In this document: in pieces, positions 1 to 9,410 of the stretch
Layout of the letters: every line of letters begins with the position of its first letter
Position numbering within the stretch: position 1 is the stretch's first letter
Origin: a virus
Virus record (IMG/VR): IMGVR_UViG_3300032893_000013
Coordinates: 44,070 to 108,069 of that record
DNA length: 64,000 nucleotides
Strand: one strand, 5' to 3'
Program-made: the position numbers and the translations under genes
The notes under the pieces: generated by a model
Databases searched by the model: none
The model's input: only the letters and a program-made list of their open reading frames with translations
What the model was told of the DNA's origin: nothing

Positions 1-1383
1 GTTATCGACGAGGATATTGAAGCGGGGCAATTTCACCATCAACGAGCAGAAGCGATAGAACGCTTTGGGAGTCGTGAGATCGGTTTGAGCGAGTTGTTGT
101 GATTTGAACGAACTCAGTTCAGCCATTTCAAGACCGCGCATGTCAAGGGCGAAACCCGTGACGAAGCCAGGGAGCCGGTTGTTCAGGTCAGTGAAGACCG
201 TAGTAGCGGCACCGCTGTTCACAACGCGACCAACATATTGGCGCACGCCGGAAGCATCGTTCGCATTCGAGCGATAGACGTTGAAGTAGCGAGCGGCAAT
301 ACCGCCAGCGGGAGTGATTGTAACGGCAATCTGGTTACCGTTTGCCGACATCGTAATGTTCGACACAGCCGAAGCCGGGCTTTCACCCACATCACCACAA
401 GCAGTTACGCTGTAGTAATAAACTTCACCGGAAAGGAACGAAGTCGATCCAGCCGATTGACCGAGCGAGATGCCAGGAGCGGCGGGAACACCAACACGCG
501 GACGTGCGGGCGAGGTTTTACCAGACAAGAAACGGCTAGATTCAATCGAGATCGCGCCGCCAGCTACCCACTGTTCATTCAACGAAGCGCCAGTGGCTTT
601 TTGAGGCGAACCGGCAAGAACGATACGTTCTTTGGAGTGGCTGATTTTGTTGTACGCGCCATGAGTAAGCGGATCAATGTACAACTTCTCGGGATTACCG
701 TGGCTCATTTGAGCGCGGCTGTAAATGTCCTCAATCGTGCTCTGTTGGAGAACGCCGTTCTGAGGAATCACAACGGAACCGTCAGCGCCATATTCTTGGA
801 ACATCAAGTCTTTGGTGCTGTTGTCGAAATCCGACTGACGAATTTGGGGATCAAGACCGTGCATACCGGGTTCCGACTGGCTCATCGCCAACGGGTTACC
901 GTCATACAATCCACCGTTCGAGTAAGCGGACTTACCACGGAAAAGGTGGAACTCGATGTCACCAGCGAGTTTGAGAGCGGCAGAGGCTTCAACGCGATCT
1001 TCGGCTTTAACACCGTCGAAGGTTTCAACCAACTGAGCTTGCAAAGTCACCCGACGAACGTGAACATAATATGCCATCGGAACAACGGCACGGTTCAACG
1101 TATCGGTTTCTTCTTGACCAACGGCGCCTTCCAGCACTGCCGATCCACCGAAGATACCATAATCCAGTTGTCTATTGAACTGGACAAGAGTGCCCTTGGC
1201 AGGAGTAACCTTGAAGATTTTTTGCAACTTGATTTTGCTGTCATCATAAGTTGCGATGTTCATTACATCACTGAGGTCTTCGCGTTGGAGCGAGGAACCT
1301 TGAGAGAGCGTGCCTGGGGCAGCGTTCATCCCACCGGCTTCTAAAGCCTTTTTCAACATTTCAAGTTTGGCGATGTCTAACAC
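1..1383 (-). CDS. Major capsid protein (SPO1/Herelleviridae-type), 3' end runs off the window
   Basis: Translated by hand at both ends; not in the ORF track. GTG start at 1383 with SD AAGGAG. N-term MLDIAKLEMLKKALEAGGMNAAPGTLSQGSSLQREDL..., C-term ...ELSSFKSQQLAQTDLTTPKAFYRFCSLMVKLPRFNILVDN, matching the layout of SPO1-like MCPs. Lies downstream of protease and scaffold. Confidence 0.88.
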   Translation of the reverse strand, partial: MLDIAKLEMLKKALEAGGMNAAPGTLSQGSSLQREDLSDVMNIATYDDSKIKLQKIFKVTPAKGTLVQFNRQLDYGIFGGSAVLEGAVGQEETDTLNRAVVPMAYYVHVRRVTLQAQLVETFDGVKAEDRVEASAALKLAGDIEFHLFRGKSAYSNGGLYDGNPLAMSQSEPGMHGLDPQIRQSDFDNSTKDLMFQEYGADGSVVIPQNGVLQQSTIEDIYSRAQMSHGNPEKLYIDPLTHGAYNKISHSKERIVLAGSPQKATGASLNEQWVAGGAISIESSRFLSGKTSPARPRVGVPAAPGISLGQSAGSTSFLSGEVYYYSVTACGDVGESPASAVSNITMSANGNQIAVTITPAGGIAARYFNVYRSNANDASGVRQYVGRVVNSGAATTVFTDLNNRLPGFVTGFALDMRGLEMAELSSFKSQQLAQTDLTTPKAFYRFCSLMVKLPRFNILVDN

Positions 1384-1395
1384 GGTTTTCTCCTT

Positions 1396-2292
1396 TTATT
1401 TGGAAATCAGTTTCAAAACTTCAGATGACCGTTTTTTGGTCACGAAGTAGTTACTAAGAGCGTCGCGCTCATTCTTAGTAAGCGCACCGAGCGCGCTTCT
1501 ATCTCCGGCGATCTTTTTAGCCCGTTTATGGAACTCTTCGTCGGAAATATTTTCTTGCTCAGTCTTTTTCAGGTCTTTTTCGCCTTTATCGACATAATCG
1601 ACGCTGCGAATATCGGTAACCGCCTTAGTAACGGGACGGTTGACCATTTTTTCCATCAAATCTGTCAAAGTGCCAACGGCCTTTTCAAGATTCTTGGCAT
1701 TCTCTTCGGACTTTGAAAGTTTTTCTTTCATAGCGTCCATCTCTTTTTTATACATGGCCGAAGACTCTTCCGATTTCATAGCGGAAGAAGCAGCGGGAGA
1801 TGGCGAAGGAGAAGCGGCTGGCGCAGATTCCATCGGAGCAGGAGCGGCAGACTTGCTGCGGGCTTCCATTTCCATTTGAACACACTGCATCAACTCATGG
1901 AGCATTTCATCATCAAGACCATGAACCATCGACTCAAGCGAATCGCCTGCGTCAGCTTCAGGGCTGGCTTGTGCCGAAGGATCGGCAGGAGCCGGAGAAG
2001 ACGAAGCCGAGGCTTCCGGAGTCGGGCTTTCAAAACCCGAACCTTCATCCTTTTTCATGGATGATTCTTCTTTCTTCATGGAAGACTCTTCTTTTTTCAT
2101 CGAGGATTCTTCCTTTTTCATGGAACTTTCTTCTTTTTTCATTGAAGACTCTTCTTTTTTCATCGAAGACTCCTCATTCTTCTTGAGGCTATCAAGTCGA
2201 GCTTGCTCAGACTTAATAAGCTCGTCAACCTCACCGGCAACTTCTTTCAAAATTGCGTTCAGATCGACATTTTGTTCTTGAACCTGACTCAT
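1396..2292 (-). CDS. Scaffold/inner-head protein (coiled coil, EESSMKK repeats, many x-K-S/A sites)
   Basis: Immediately upstream of MCP; acidic, helical, with Pro/Ala/Ser linkers. Confidence 0.65.
   Translation of the reverse strand: MSQVQEQNVDLNAILKEVAGEVDELIKSEQARLDSLKKNEESSMKKEESSMKKEESSMKKEESSMKKEESSMKKEESSMKKDEGSGFESPTPEASASSSPAPADPSAQASPEADAGDSLESMVHGLDDEMLHELMQCVQMEMEARSKSAAPAPMESAPAASPSPSPAASSAMKSEESSAMYKKEMDAMKEKLSKSEENAKNLEKAVGTLTDLMEKMVNRPVTKAVTDIRSVDYVDKGEKDLKKTEQENISDEEFHKRAKKIAGDRSALGALTKNERDALSNYFVTKKRSSEVLKLISK
2050..2175 (-). repeat. 6 x 21-bp tandem repeat encoding EESSMKK
   Basis: Six perfect peptide copies with synonymous codon variation. Confidence 0.95.
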
Positions 2293-2315
2293 GGCGGTTT
2301 CCTTTATGGTCTTTA

Positions 2316-2789
2316 TTATTGACCAGACAGAGGCCAGTAGAGATCCGGGGCAATGCTTTGGTTCAGAGTAGAGCCAGAAACAGATCCGTCAGTTTGAAAT
2401 TGCGAGAGAGCGGGAACGGTTCCGTTTGCGTTAAGATAACGCTCTTGCTTCACGCCAGGGCGAGCAAGTTCCATGTCAATTTTTACACGGTTCAAAAGAG
2501 TCAAGAGAGAAACGCCAGAGATGGTGGAGGCTTCTTCGATGACTTGGAATTTCATCGGGCTGTAGGTGCGTTGCGGATTTCCGATGACATCGCTGAATTG
2601 TTGATCTTGGCCGATGGCGCGGATCGCAATGTTTTGTTCACCAGCGACTGCGGGAGAATGCTGAGAAATCAAAAGCTGAGCGCCTTGACTATCTTGCGAA
2701 GTCGTGAAAAAATACGAAGAACCAAGTCTGAGAGTCAGATGGTCCTGAAGGACTCGCATCAGGTTTTGTGATTTAGCAATGATCGACAT
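2316..2789 (-). CDS. Hypothetical virion (head) protein
   Basis: SD AAGGAG; located within the head module. Confidence 0.55.
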   Translation of the reverse strand: MSIIAKSQNLMRVLQDHLTLRLGSSYFFTTSQDSQGAQLLISQHSPAVAGEQNIAIRAIGQDQQFSDVIGNPQRTYSPMKFQVIEEASTISGVSLLTLLNRVKIDMELARPGVKQERYLNANGTVPALSQFQTDGSVSGSTLNQSIAPDLYWPLSGQ

Positions 2790-2830
2790 TTTAGCTCCTT
2801 TTATTGAAAACAGCTATTTTCAGCGGACAA

Positions 2831-2838
2831 TACAGATT
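2831..2838 (-). promoter_or_regulatory. Candidate late-promoter element AATCTGTA
   Basis: Similar AATCYKWA motif in three intergenic gaps upstream of head genes. Confidence 0.35.
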
Positions 2839-2890
2839 ATTAGGCTTTTTTCCTAACCGTGCGAAAATAGGTAATATTTTCGTTTCAAAT

Positions 2891-3901
2891 TTAGTGTTTT
2901 GCCTTACCCGTCATCTCGTCGTAAAGACGCTTGGTTAGGTCTACGTTGCCTTCGTGCATCCGCTTTCTGATTGCCGATTCAATTTTTCCGGCATCTTCGT
3001 CGGTTACACCAGGAACGAGTGTTTTTATGAGATCCTTACTGGGAGATTTTTTCCCCATCAGCTTTATCAGCTTGTCGAGTTGCGGCATTTTGCCGGAACG
3101 CGCCATTGGTTTGCTGAAGGACTCTTTCTGGAGGGCACTTCCTCCCGACAACGCGCCAGGAGCAGCAGACGGTGAGCCTGCTTCCAGAGCTTTCCGCAAA
3201 TTTGACAGCGCATCGCGTAAGCCGAAATCATTGATAACATTCGGCATTACCGTATTTATGTGTTGCATAGACACGGATTTTCGTAGTGGTTCCAGCCCAC
3301 CGGCATAAGTCGCTTTGGACATCGACTTGGAGACTTGCGGTGCGGAAGTATCCGCTACAATATCCACAGTTGCTGCTTTATTCGCTGGCTTCATTGTCAA
3401 AGCCATTTTTCTGATTACTGTTTTTTTGAGGAAGTTTCCCTGTCTCTCAAGGGTAGCGCCTTCCACAGAAAGTCCGAGTTGCGGGCCTTCCTGAGATTTA
3501 CTGAACATGCGCGCAATCGAGGCGGCGGCGCGGGCATTGTCGTGGGCTTCGGGACCATCCCAGATTTCGACAGAACCGTAAATCATTGGTTTTCTGAATT
3601 CATTCCAAGCAGTTAGCTCACGGTCAGACTTGCAATCGTCGGGCGAAAAGATTTTTTTCGCGTTCACAACGCGGCCAACTACGGCATTGAAGCCCTTGAA
3701 ATCGTCTTTGGTTTGACCGTCGCGCTTGTGCATCTCTTCATCTTCAGCATCTTCGGGATTGATGTGCTCAGTGTTGAGCGTCGCTTTTCCCGACTGAAGA
3801 TCAGAAATGTCCGCACCCTCGACCGACAGGACTTCGCCCGACGTATCTGGGGTTTCAACAGAAAAGATTCCTTCAAGTATGAGATTTTTGCTCAGTTTCA
3901 T
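2891..3901 (-). CDS. Prohead (maturation) protease
   Basis: G.FS.E..D..GE, N.EH (His), GLSVEG (Ser) and ALT..PAN motifs of HK97/herpes-fold prohead proteases; between portal and MCP. Confidence 0.85.
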   Translation of the reverse strand: MKLSKNLILEGIFSVETPDTSGEVLSVEGADISDLQSGKATLNTEHINPEDAEDEEMHKRDGQTKDDFKGFNAVVGRVVNAKKIFSPDDCKSDRELTAWNEFRKPMIYGSVEIWDGPEAHDNARAAASIARMFSKSQEGPQLGLSVEGATLERQGNFLKKTVIRKMALTMKPANKAATVDIVADTSAPQVSKSMSKATYAGGLEPLRKSVSMQHINTVMPNVINDFGLRDALSNLRKALEAGSPSAAPGALSGGSALQKESFSKPMARSGKMPQLDKLIKLMGKKSPSKDLIKTLVPGVTDEDAGKIESAIRKRMHEGNVDLTKRLYDEMTGKAKH

Positions 3902-3911
3902 ATATTCAATA

Positions 3912-3919
3912 TTAGGATT
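3912..3919 (-). promoter_or_regulatory. Candidate late-promoter element AATCCTAA
   Basis: 10 nt upstream of the protease ATG; no SD present. Confidence 0.35.
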
Positions 3920-4061
3920 TTTAGGTTAAGCCTGCGAATTCATTGAAAAACTTTCAAATCGTTATCATTTTTATACCGATCAGACTACTTTCTATAACAC
4001 TTCGGCGACAACTTATGGATTTTCCTTATTATTCTCATAATTAGAAGGCCGAAAAAATCTT

Positions 4062-4091
4062 TTGCAAACCCCGACAGCACTGTGATAACTT
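4062..4091 (+). promoter_or_regulatory. Sigma70-like promoter
   Basis: TTGCAA-N18-TAACTT with TGn extension. Confidence 0.45.
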
Positions 4092-4115
4092 GAAATTGTT
4101 ACAAGGAGGGGAAAG

Positions 4116-4496
4116 GTGACCGTTGATTATCGCCTAGTGGACATTTTCGTTCGAGTCTGGAACCGCAATCATCGTTCTTGGTTTGGTGGAGAAGGATTGG
4201 TCGCAGAAAATATCAACTGGGGATGGTGCTACCAATTCGCCCTTGTGATTCATGGAGTTTATGGCGGCGAACTCATCTCTTCGTGCGGTCACGCATGGGT
4301 ACGGATTGGAGAATGGGATTATGACAGCGAGCACCTGAGCGGCGGCGACATCTATTCGTATGGACGATCCGTTTATGACCGCGATCAATTCATCTCATAC
4401 TGGAACAACGGCGGCGGAAGCGGCCCGGTTTGTGAAACGACGATTGCAGAAACAATTCAGGAGTTTATGAAGCTGAAGCAGAATGAGGCGGCTTAA
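4116..4496 (+). CDS. Small papain/transglutaminase-like Cys-His-Asp protein
   Basis: GWCYQFA, GHAWV and YDS motifs; SD AGGAGG. Confidence 0.5.
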   Translation: MTVDYRLVDIFVRVWNRNHRSWFGGEGLVAENINWGWCYQFALVIHGVYGGELISSCGHAWVRIGEWDYDSEHLSGGDIYSYGRSVYDRDQFISYWNNGGGSGPVCETTIAETIQEFMKLKQNEAA

Positions 4497-4505
4497 AGAA
4501 TTTTT

Positions 4506-4534
4506 TTGCAAATTCTACAATAGTGCGAGATACT
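4506..4534 (+). promoter_or_regulatory. Sigma70-like promoter
   Basis: TTGCAA-N17-GATACT. Confidence 0.5.
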
Positions 4535-4550
4535 GGGTTTGGAGGTAATT

Positions 4551-4889
4551 ATGGGAATCAAACGAGTGCTCTATAAAGGTTTCGAGATTCTCGTTGGCGC
4601 CAGCTACACCAAGGTCATCCCTGACGAAGACAAAAAACTCGTCTACGAAGTCGCCAATCAAGTGGAAGCTGAGCAGTTCGTGGACCAATTTCGAGACGAA
4701 GCCGGAACCCATCCGATCAACTGCGAATTTTGCGGCGCCGTGCCGGAACGTTCCGAACTCAACACAACGCACTGGAAGGATGATAAGCCGATCACGTTCG
4801 TAATCCATGAATGCCAAAAAAAGGACTGCCGCAACGCCCGCGACTATTATTTCGATTTGGGCAAAGCGATGGCCAAGGGAGAAATATGA
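4551..4889 (+). CDS. Hypothetical protein with CxxC...CxxxxC zinc site
   Basis: SD GGAGGT before ATG 4551; CEFC and C-x4-C. Confidence 0.55.
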   Translation: MGIKRVLYKGFEILVGASYTKVIPDEDKKLVYEVANQVEAEQFVDQFRDEAGTHPINCEFCGAVPERSELNTTHWKDDKPITFVIHECQKKDCRNARDYYFDLGKAMAKGEI

Positions 4890-5311
4890 GAATCGCAACT
4901 AAAGCTCAAAAATTGAAGCTCAACATAATCATGTCCCGCGACTCTTCGGGAATGTGGAGTATGACCATCGAGGACAGCGTTGCTGGACTCATCATCGTTT
5001 CTGCGAAAATGAACGACGAACAATTCTCGGATTTCATGTCGCACCGATACGCCAAAATTGATGGCGAGCATTACGCCAATCCAAACATCGGGAAGAAAAT
5101 GGTGACAAAGTGGTACGACGTGAATCTGGAAAAGCTCAAGCCGATCTTTGAAAATTACGACGATGCCTCACGCGCCCGCGACATGAAACACATCTTCGAT
5201 CTGGCCGAACAGGAGAATCCTGGATTCAAAGCCGACCGCGAATCTTACAACAGCCATCGCAACAATCGCGGCTACTATCAAGTCACACTCAGGAAGTGGG
5301 AAGACGTATGA
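4886..5311 (+). CDS. Hypothetical protein
   Basis: ATGA overlap with upstream gene. Confidence 0.55.
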   Translation: MRIATKAQKLKLNIIMSRDSSGMWSMTIEDSVAGLIIVSAKMNDEQFSDFMSHRYAKIDGEHYANPNIGKKMVTKWYDVNLEKLKPIFENYDDASRARDMKHIFDLAEQENPGFKADRESYNSHRNNRGYYQVTLRKWEDV

Positions 5312-5595
5312 GTTGTCAACTGATGCTCTTGAAAAATGGAATGTGGTCAGCGCGCTCGAAAAAAACACGTTATTTCAAGGGGCCGGACGGAAGTATTTCT
5401 TCAGCGCCGGATTTCGTGGAATTTTTTCAGAACCAAACATTAGACCGCTGTGCGGAATTTCTTGCCCAGCGCGGAGTCGATCCGGATGAAGTCGAGGAAG
5501 CCGTTGTGTGTATGCTGAAAAACGATCACAATATTGCAGAATTTGGGATTCAGGGAAGATTCGTATTCAGTAAATACGAAGGAGTGGTTCACTAA
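5308..5595 (+). CDS. Hypothetical protein
   Basis: ATGA overlap; ends convergent with the head gene. Confidence 0.5.
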   Translation: MSCQLMLLKNGMWSARSKKTRYFKGPDGSISSAPDFVEFFQNQTLDRCAEFLAQRGVDPDEVEEAVVCMLKNDHNIAEFGIQGRFVFSKYEGVVH

Positions 5596-6401
5596 GCGCG
5601 TTGCTTAGCGTACTCGTCGTGGCCGGGGCCGACATAGATGATTCGGCCTTGATCTGAAAATCCGAAGCCAGGCATCAAAACTGTTAGAATGTCGCGACAA
5701 TTGACATGCGTTGGAGAAACGGACGGTTCGGGATTTTTCCAATGGCCGGGCGATCCTGAAAGTTCGCTCAATTTATACAGGCGCGGAGTCACTTTGTCGG
5801 GCATGGTCCATAGGCGCCAGCAATAGGGACAGCGGTGATCGTCCAAAACTCCCAGCTTGAAAACCACAGGATCATCAATCCCAACAGCTTTCGAGACTCC
5901 GATGATGCCATCTAAGGCGCCGACATTCTGAGCATTGTGAAGTTCATGGTTAACTAAAGTGTCAACTGCCTTATCCATGCGCTCTTTTTGCTTGAACAAT
6001 TCGGATTCGATTTGATCCATGATAGTCGTTCCCGTTTGGGATCGAACTAAATCTTCAACGCTTTTGCCTTCGCGCTTTGCCTGAAGAAGCAAGTTGTCAT
6101 ATTTTTCGCCAATGATTCGAGTCACATCGGCAATCGACTTTTTTTCGAGTGAGTCGATGTAATATTCGGCGACTTTTTGCACCTTTTGAATGGTCGCCTG
6201 ATCGACGCTTTCAGAAGTCGGAGAATTCAGGGAGTTGGCCGCCAAATAATTGGAAGCCAAAGTAGTCTGAGGATCAAATGTCCTGTAAGAAAAGACGATG
6301 GATTTCGGGACAGATTGCGGACCTAAAAGATTGATTCGCAAAGCGCCGAATGCTTTGGTGACGTACTCTTCAATGATTTTGTGAATGGCTGGAGTAAGCA
6401 T
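5592..6401 (-). CDS. Head morphogenesis protein (Mu gpF/SPP1 gp7-like)
   Basis: D..CPYC and HVNCR motifs; directly downstream of portal. Confidence 0.8.
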   Translation of the reverse strand: MLTPAIHKIIEEYVTKAFGALRINLLGPQSVPKSIVFSYRTFDPQTTLASNYLAANSLNSPTSESVDQATIQKVQKVAEYYIDSLEKKSIADVTRIIGEKYDNLLLQAKREGKSVEDLVRSQTGTTIMDQIESELFKQKERMDKAVDTLVNHELHNAQNVGALDGIIGVSKAVGIDDPVVFKLGVLDDHRCPYCWRLWTMPDKVTPRLYKLSELSGSPGHWKNPEPSVSPTHVNCRDILTVLMPGFGFSDQGRIIYVGPGHDEYAKQRA

Positions 6402-8371
6402 TAGTGTTCATGCTCATCTTTCTTGCCTTCCAAAGATGCCATGATTGAATTCATGAGATCCTTGGACTCTTTGGAGAAGGCATCCATGATTTTCTTGCGA
6501 GAAATTTTATGGCGCTTCAACAATTCTTTACGGGCCATCGGAAGAGCTTTTTCCGACTTGCCGAGAGCTTCGCCGAGTTGGGCCATTGCGCTGTCGAGAT
6601 CCTGACCGCCGCTCAATTCCTGAGCCGCCTGCGATTGTGCATTTTGCTGCTGACCGCCGCCGCCTTGACCTTGCTGGACGCCCATTTGCATTTGCTTGAA
6701 GCTGAACCAAGCCTGATCGCCCATGTAGTATGCCAAATCCGGATCTTTGTCCGCATTGGCGAATTCTTTTCCGCCAAAAGCCTTCAGGATCTGACCTTTG
6801 GTGAAATATTTCTCAATGACTTGCAAATATGCAGCATTCAATGGGAAGTCGCCGCCGAGAGGAACGTCTTTCTTTTCGACGCGCTCCATGATGTCGTTCA
6901 TTGTCAGGAACAACGCTGAGTCTTGTTGCAGGCGGGTAGCTTCTTTTTCAGGACTGTCGGCGTCCAAACCTTCAAGGTTGATCTGAACGAGTTTTGCCCA
7001 TTCCGGATTGATCTTGGGAAGTAGGCGAGTATTAAGGAAATCTTCAATGCTCAAAAGAAGTGGGCGCAAACCGATGTCTCGGGCGGCCATCAACTTCCAT
7101 TCATTGTTACTTTCAGACATGGACTGGCTATTCGTGCCGCGAGAAAGGTACGAAAGAGCAGCAACTTCGTCCGGCGACATTTGGTAGGCGGCGAAGATCA
7201 TCCGCTTGTTCAAATCTGCCAGGTATTGGAATTCCATGTCGCGCTGAGTTGGATCAAGCTGAACGACATCAACCGCATCGTCTTTGCCCATGCCGAAAAC
7301 CGGCATACGGAACGCGGCGTTTGCCGAATTGATGTGGGCCATCATCTGCGACTTAATAGCCGTGATGTCATCTTCTTCAAGATTTTCAGACTTGAACACC
7401 AACATATTGCGCGTTGCGCGACCGTTGATGAAATACATCTTGTTGTGAGTGGTCAAGTTCAAATGCGTGGTGATCGAACTCAACATCCGTTCGATTGGCG
7501 AAACGGGATAGCCTGAACGCAGAATGTCGGTCGAAGGAGTATTCGTCCAATAAAGAAGTTCATCGTCAGTGAAAATTTGGCGAGGAATTTCTTCGATTAC
7601 CTGAACGTATGTGTACTCATCGTCTTTGAATCTGGTGATGTCAACTTCAAGACCTTGGAGTTGTTCAAGAACTTTTTGAGCGGCGATGCGGATATTCTCG
7701 GCTTCTTGGCCTTGGCCGCGCTGTGGAGTCGTGAAGTAAATGGTCCCTGCATCAATTGCGCGGAAACTATGGAACTTGCCGAGTTGATTTTTACGAACCT
7801 CGACCGAGAACGCGCCGAAGGTCAGCAAGTCTTCAATGATTTCAACGAAAGTCTGACTGAAATTGCGTTTTTCTTTGTCAGTTACTCCCTCATTGGTGCC
7901 GCAATTCAAAAGAATGTTGCGCAACTGAGGAATGATTTCCTGCTTGATTTTCTCTTGCTCTGCCTCACTGTACTTTTCGATGATCTGAGGCAGAAGGTTG
8001 ACTGTGAATCCAACGTCGAAACGATTGGCGCGAGGACGCGCAAACAAAGATCCTTGCTTTGCACGGATCGGAATGATGACGCCGCCGATCAATTCTTCGG
8101 TATCACGAATCCGCTTGAGGATTACGGGAGGAACCTGATTGGTTCTTCGGCGATAGACGGATGAATAAACCTGATCGGTTTTGATTGGATCGACTTCAAA
8201 AGCCAACTTGACGGCTTTAGAGTTTTGATCCTTCTTGAACTTCGTGAGAATCTCAAAAAGTTCTTTGTTCTCGCTGCCTTCGTCGCCGCCAAGCTCAATG
8301 CCAAAGAAACGCTTGTCGTTCACTTTGACATTCTTGGGTGTGAGGGCAGCTTTTTGTTCGTTTTCGCTCAT
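6401..8371 (-). CDS. Portal protein
   Basis: 656 aa; GYPVSPIE, N..YF.NG, DMEF..L and GL.PLL..IED..N patterns of SPO1-like portals. Confidence 0.88.
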   Translation of the reverse strand: MSENEQKAALTPKNVKVNDKRFFGIELGGDEGSENKELFEILTKFKKDQNSKAVKLAFEVDPIKTDQVYSSVYRRRTNQVPPVILKRIRDTEELIGGVIIPIRAKQGSLFARPRANRFDVGFTVNLLPQIIEKYSEAEQEKIKQEIIPQLRNILLNCGTNEGVTDKEKRNFSQTFVEIIEDLLTFGAFSVEVRKNQLGKFHSFRAIDAGTIYFTTPQRGQGQEAENIRIAAQKVLEQLQGLEVDITRFKDDEYTYVQVIEEIPRQIFTDDELLYWTNTPSTDILRSGYPVSPIERMLSSITTHLNLTTHNKMYFINGRATRNMLVFKSENLEEDDITAIKSQMMAHINSANAAFRMPVFGMGKDDAVDVVQLDPTQRDMEFQYLADLNKRMIFAAYQMSPDEVAALSYLSRGTNSQSMSESNNEWKLMAARDIGLRPLLLSIEDFLNTRLLPKINPEWAKLVQINLEGLDADSPEKEATRLQQDSALFLTMNDIMERVEKKDVPLGGDFPLNAAYLQVIEKYFTKGQILKAFGGKEFANADKDPDLAYYMGDQAWFSFKQMQMGVQQGQGGGGQQQNAQSQAAQELSGGQDLDSAMAQLGEALGKSEKALPMARKELLKRHKISRKKIMDAFSKESKDLMNSIMASLEGKKDEHEH

Positions 8372-8374
8372 AGA

Positions 8375-9349
8375 TTACTCTGCGCTCGAAACTGTGACCT
8401 GAAGAGGTTCCAGACTTAAATTGTTGATTGACAGAGAGTAAACGGTTCCTTGCTTCAAGAATACGCCTGGACGCTCCGGATTGTCGGCTTCGACCGGCTC
8501 AACGACGTTGTTGTCGCTTACGTCCGAATTGCATCGAATGCTGCACTTTTGCTGGGCCTGAACCATCACAAATCTTTTGGCCGCGCTGTAAAAAATCAAA
8601 CCGGAAGTTCCGGGCATGATTCCCGTCTCAAGCGGAAGTCCATTGGGAGCGGCGACTGCAATTTCAAAATATGTCGGAGTTACCTGAGTCACGTCATAAG
8701 TGCCCCAAGTGACCTGGCTGAATCCAGCGGCGATGATCGCTTTATCGCCAATCTGAATTTGATTGGAGTTTCCGCCGCCATTGCTGTACACGAAAAACTG
8801 CGTGAAATCGGCAACGGTTACGGTTTCTGCGGCGGCATTGAGATTCTGAACTGTCAAAGAATTTGAGGACTTGGCGATGATTGTGAACTGCCCACAGTTT
8901 GCCGGATTGAATCCGGAGCCGAGTCCAAGAAGAAGCTGATCGCCGACAACAACGTTGGTCGTGTCAAGTGCAGTTCCGCCAGTGTTGGTGATCGTCATGA
9001 GCGGGCCATTGACCGTGACAGAGAACTGAGAAGTGTTGTCAACTGCGGGAACACGGTCGGTCCTGAGAACCGGGGCCGTTCCGCCAGAATTCGTGAATCG
9101 GTAAACGTTTACGGAAGGATCTGGCTGGCTTACGTCAAAAGCGGTCGTACCGTCGATTGCCGTCGTGCGCGTGCCATTGAAAATATTACGCACTTCGCCG
9201 GGAGCAATCGTGTAATCATTGGACTTTGGAAGATTTACGGCATTTCCAAGGAGCTTGATTGTGTAGTCGAAAGCCCGCATCAACGGGTTATTGGACGGTT
9301 TGTTGTCCTTATATGCAATTGCGTTGATTTGAAGGTTCAAAGTACCCAC
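8375..9349 (-). CDS. Beta-rich putative virion protein
   Basis: Thr/Asn/Gly-rich; between terminase and portal; SD AGGAG. Confidence 0.55.
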   Translation of the reverse strand: MGTLNLQINAIAYKDNKPSNNPLMRAFDYTIKLLGNAVNLPKSNDYTIAPGEVRNIFNGTRTTAIDGTTAFDVSQPDPSVNVYRFTNSGGTAPVLRTDRVPAVDNTSQFSVTVNGPLMTITNTGGTALDTTNVVVGDQLLLGLGSGFNPANCGQFTIIAKSSNSLTVQNLNAAAETVTVADFTQFFVYSNGGGNSNQIQIGDKAIIAAGFSQVTWGTYDVTQVTPTYFEIAVAAPNGLPLETGIMPGTSGLIFYSAAKRFVMVQAQQKCSIRCNSDVSDNNVVEPVEADNPERPGVFLKQGTVYSLSINNLSLEPLQVTVSSAE

Positions 9350-9380
9350 GGGATTCTCCTAAAAGTCTGATGCCTCAAAA

Positions 9381-9388
9381 TTAAGATT
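9381..9388 (-). promoter_or_regulatory. Candidate late-promoter element AATCTTAA
   Basis: In the gap between terL and the downstream head operon. Confidence 0.35.
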
Positions 9389-9410
9389 TCAGCATATCTT
9401 ATTGTTATCA

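Noticed and set aside
238-1344. 368-aa plus-strand ORF
   Set aside because: Antisense shadow of the major capsid gene on the minus strand; no SD or recognisable motifs
2050-2175. Tandem repeats as a CRISPR array
   Set aside because: No spacers; in-frame coding repeat; no cas genes
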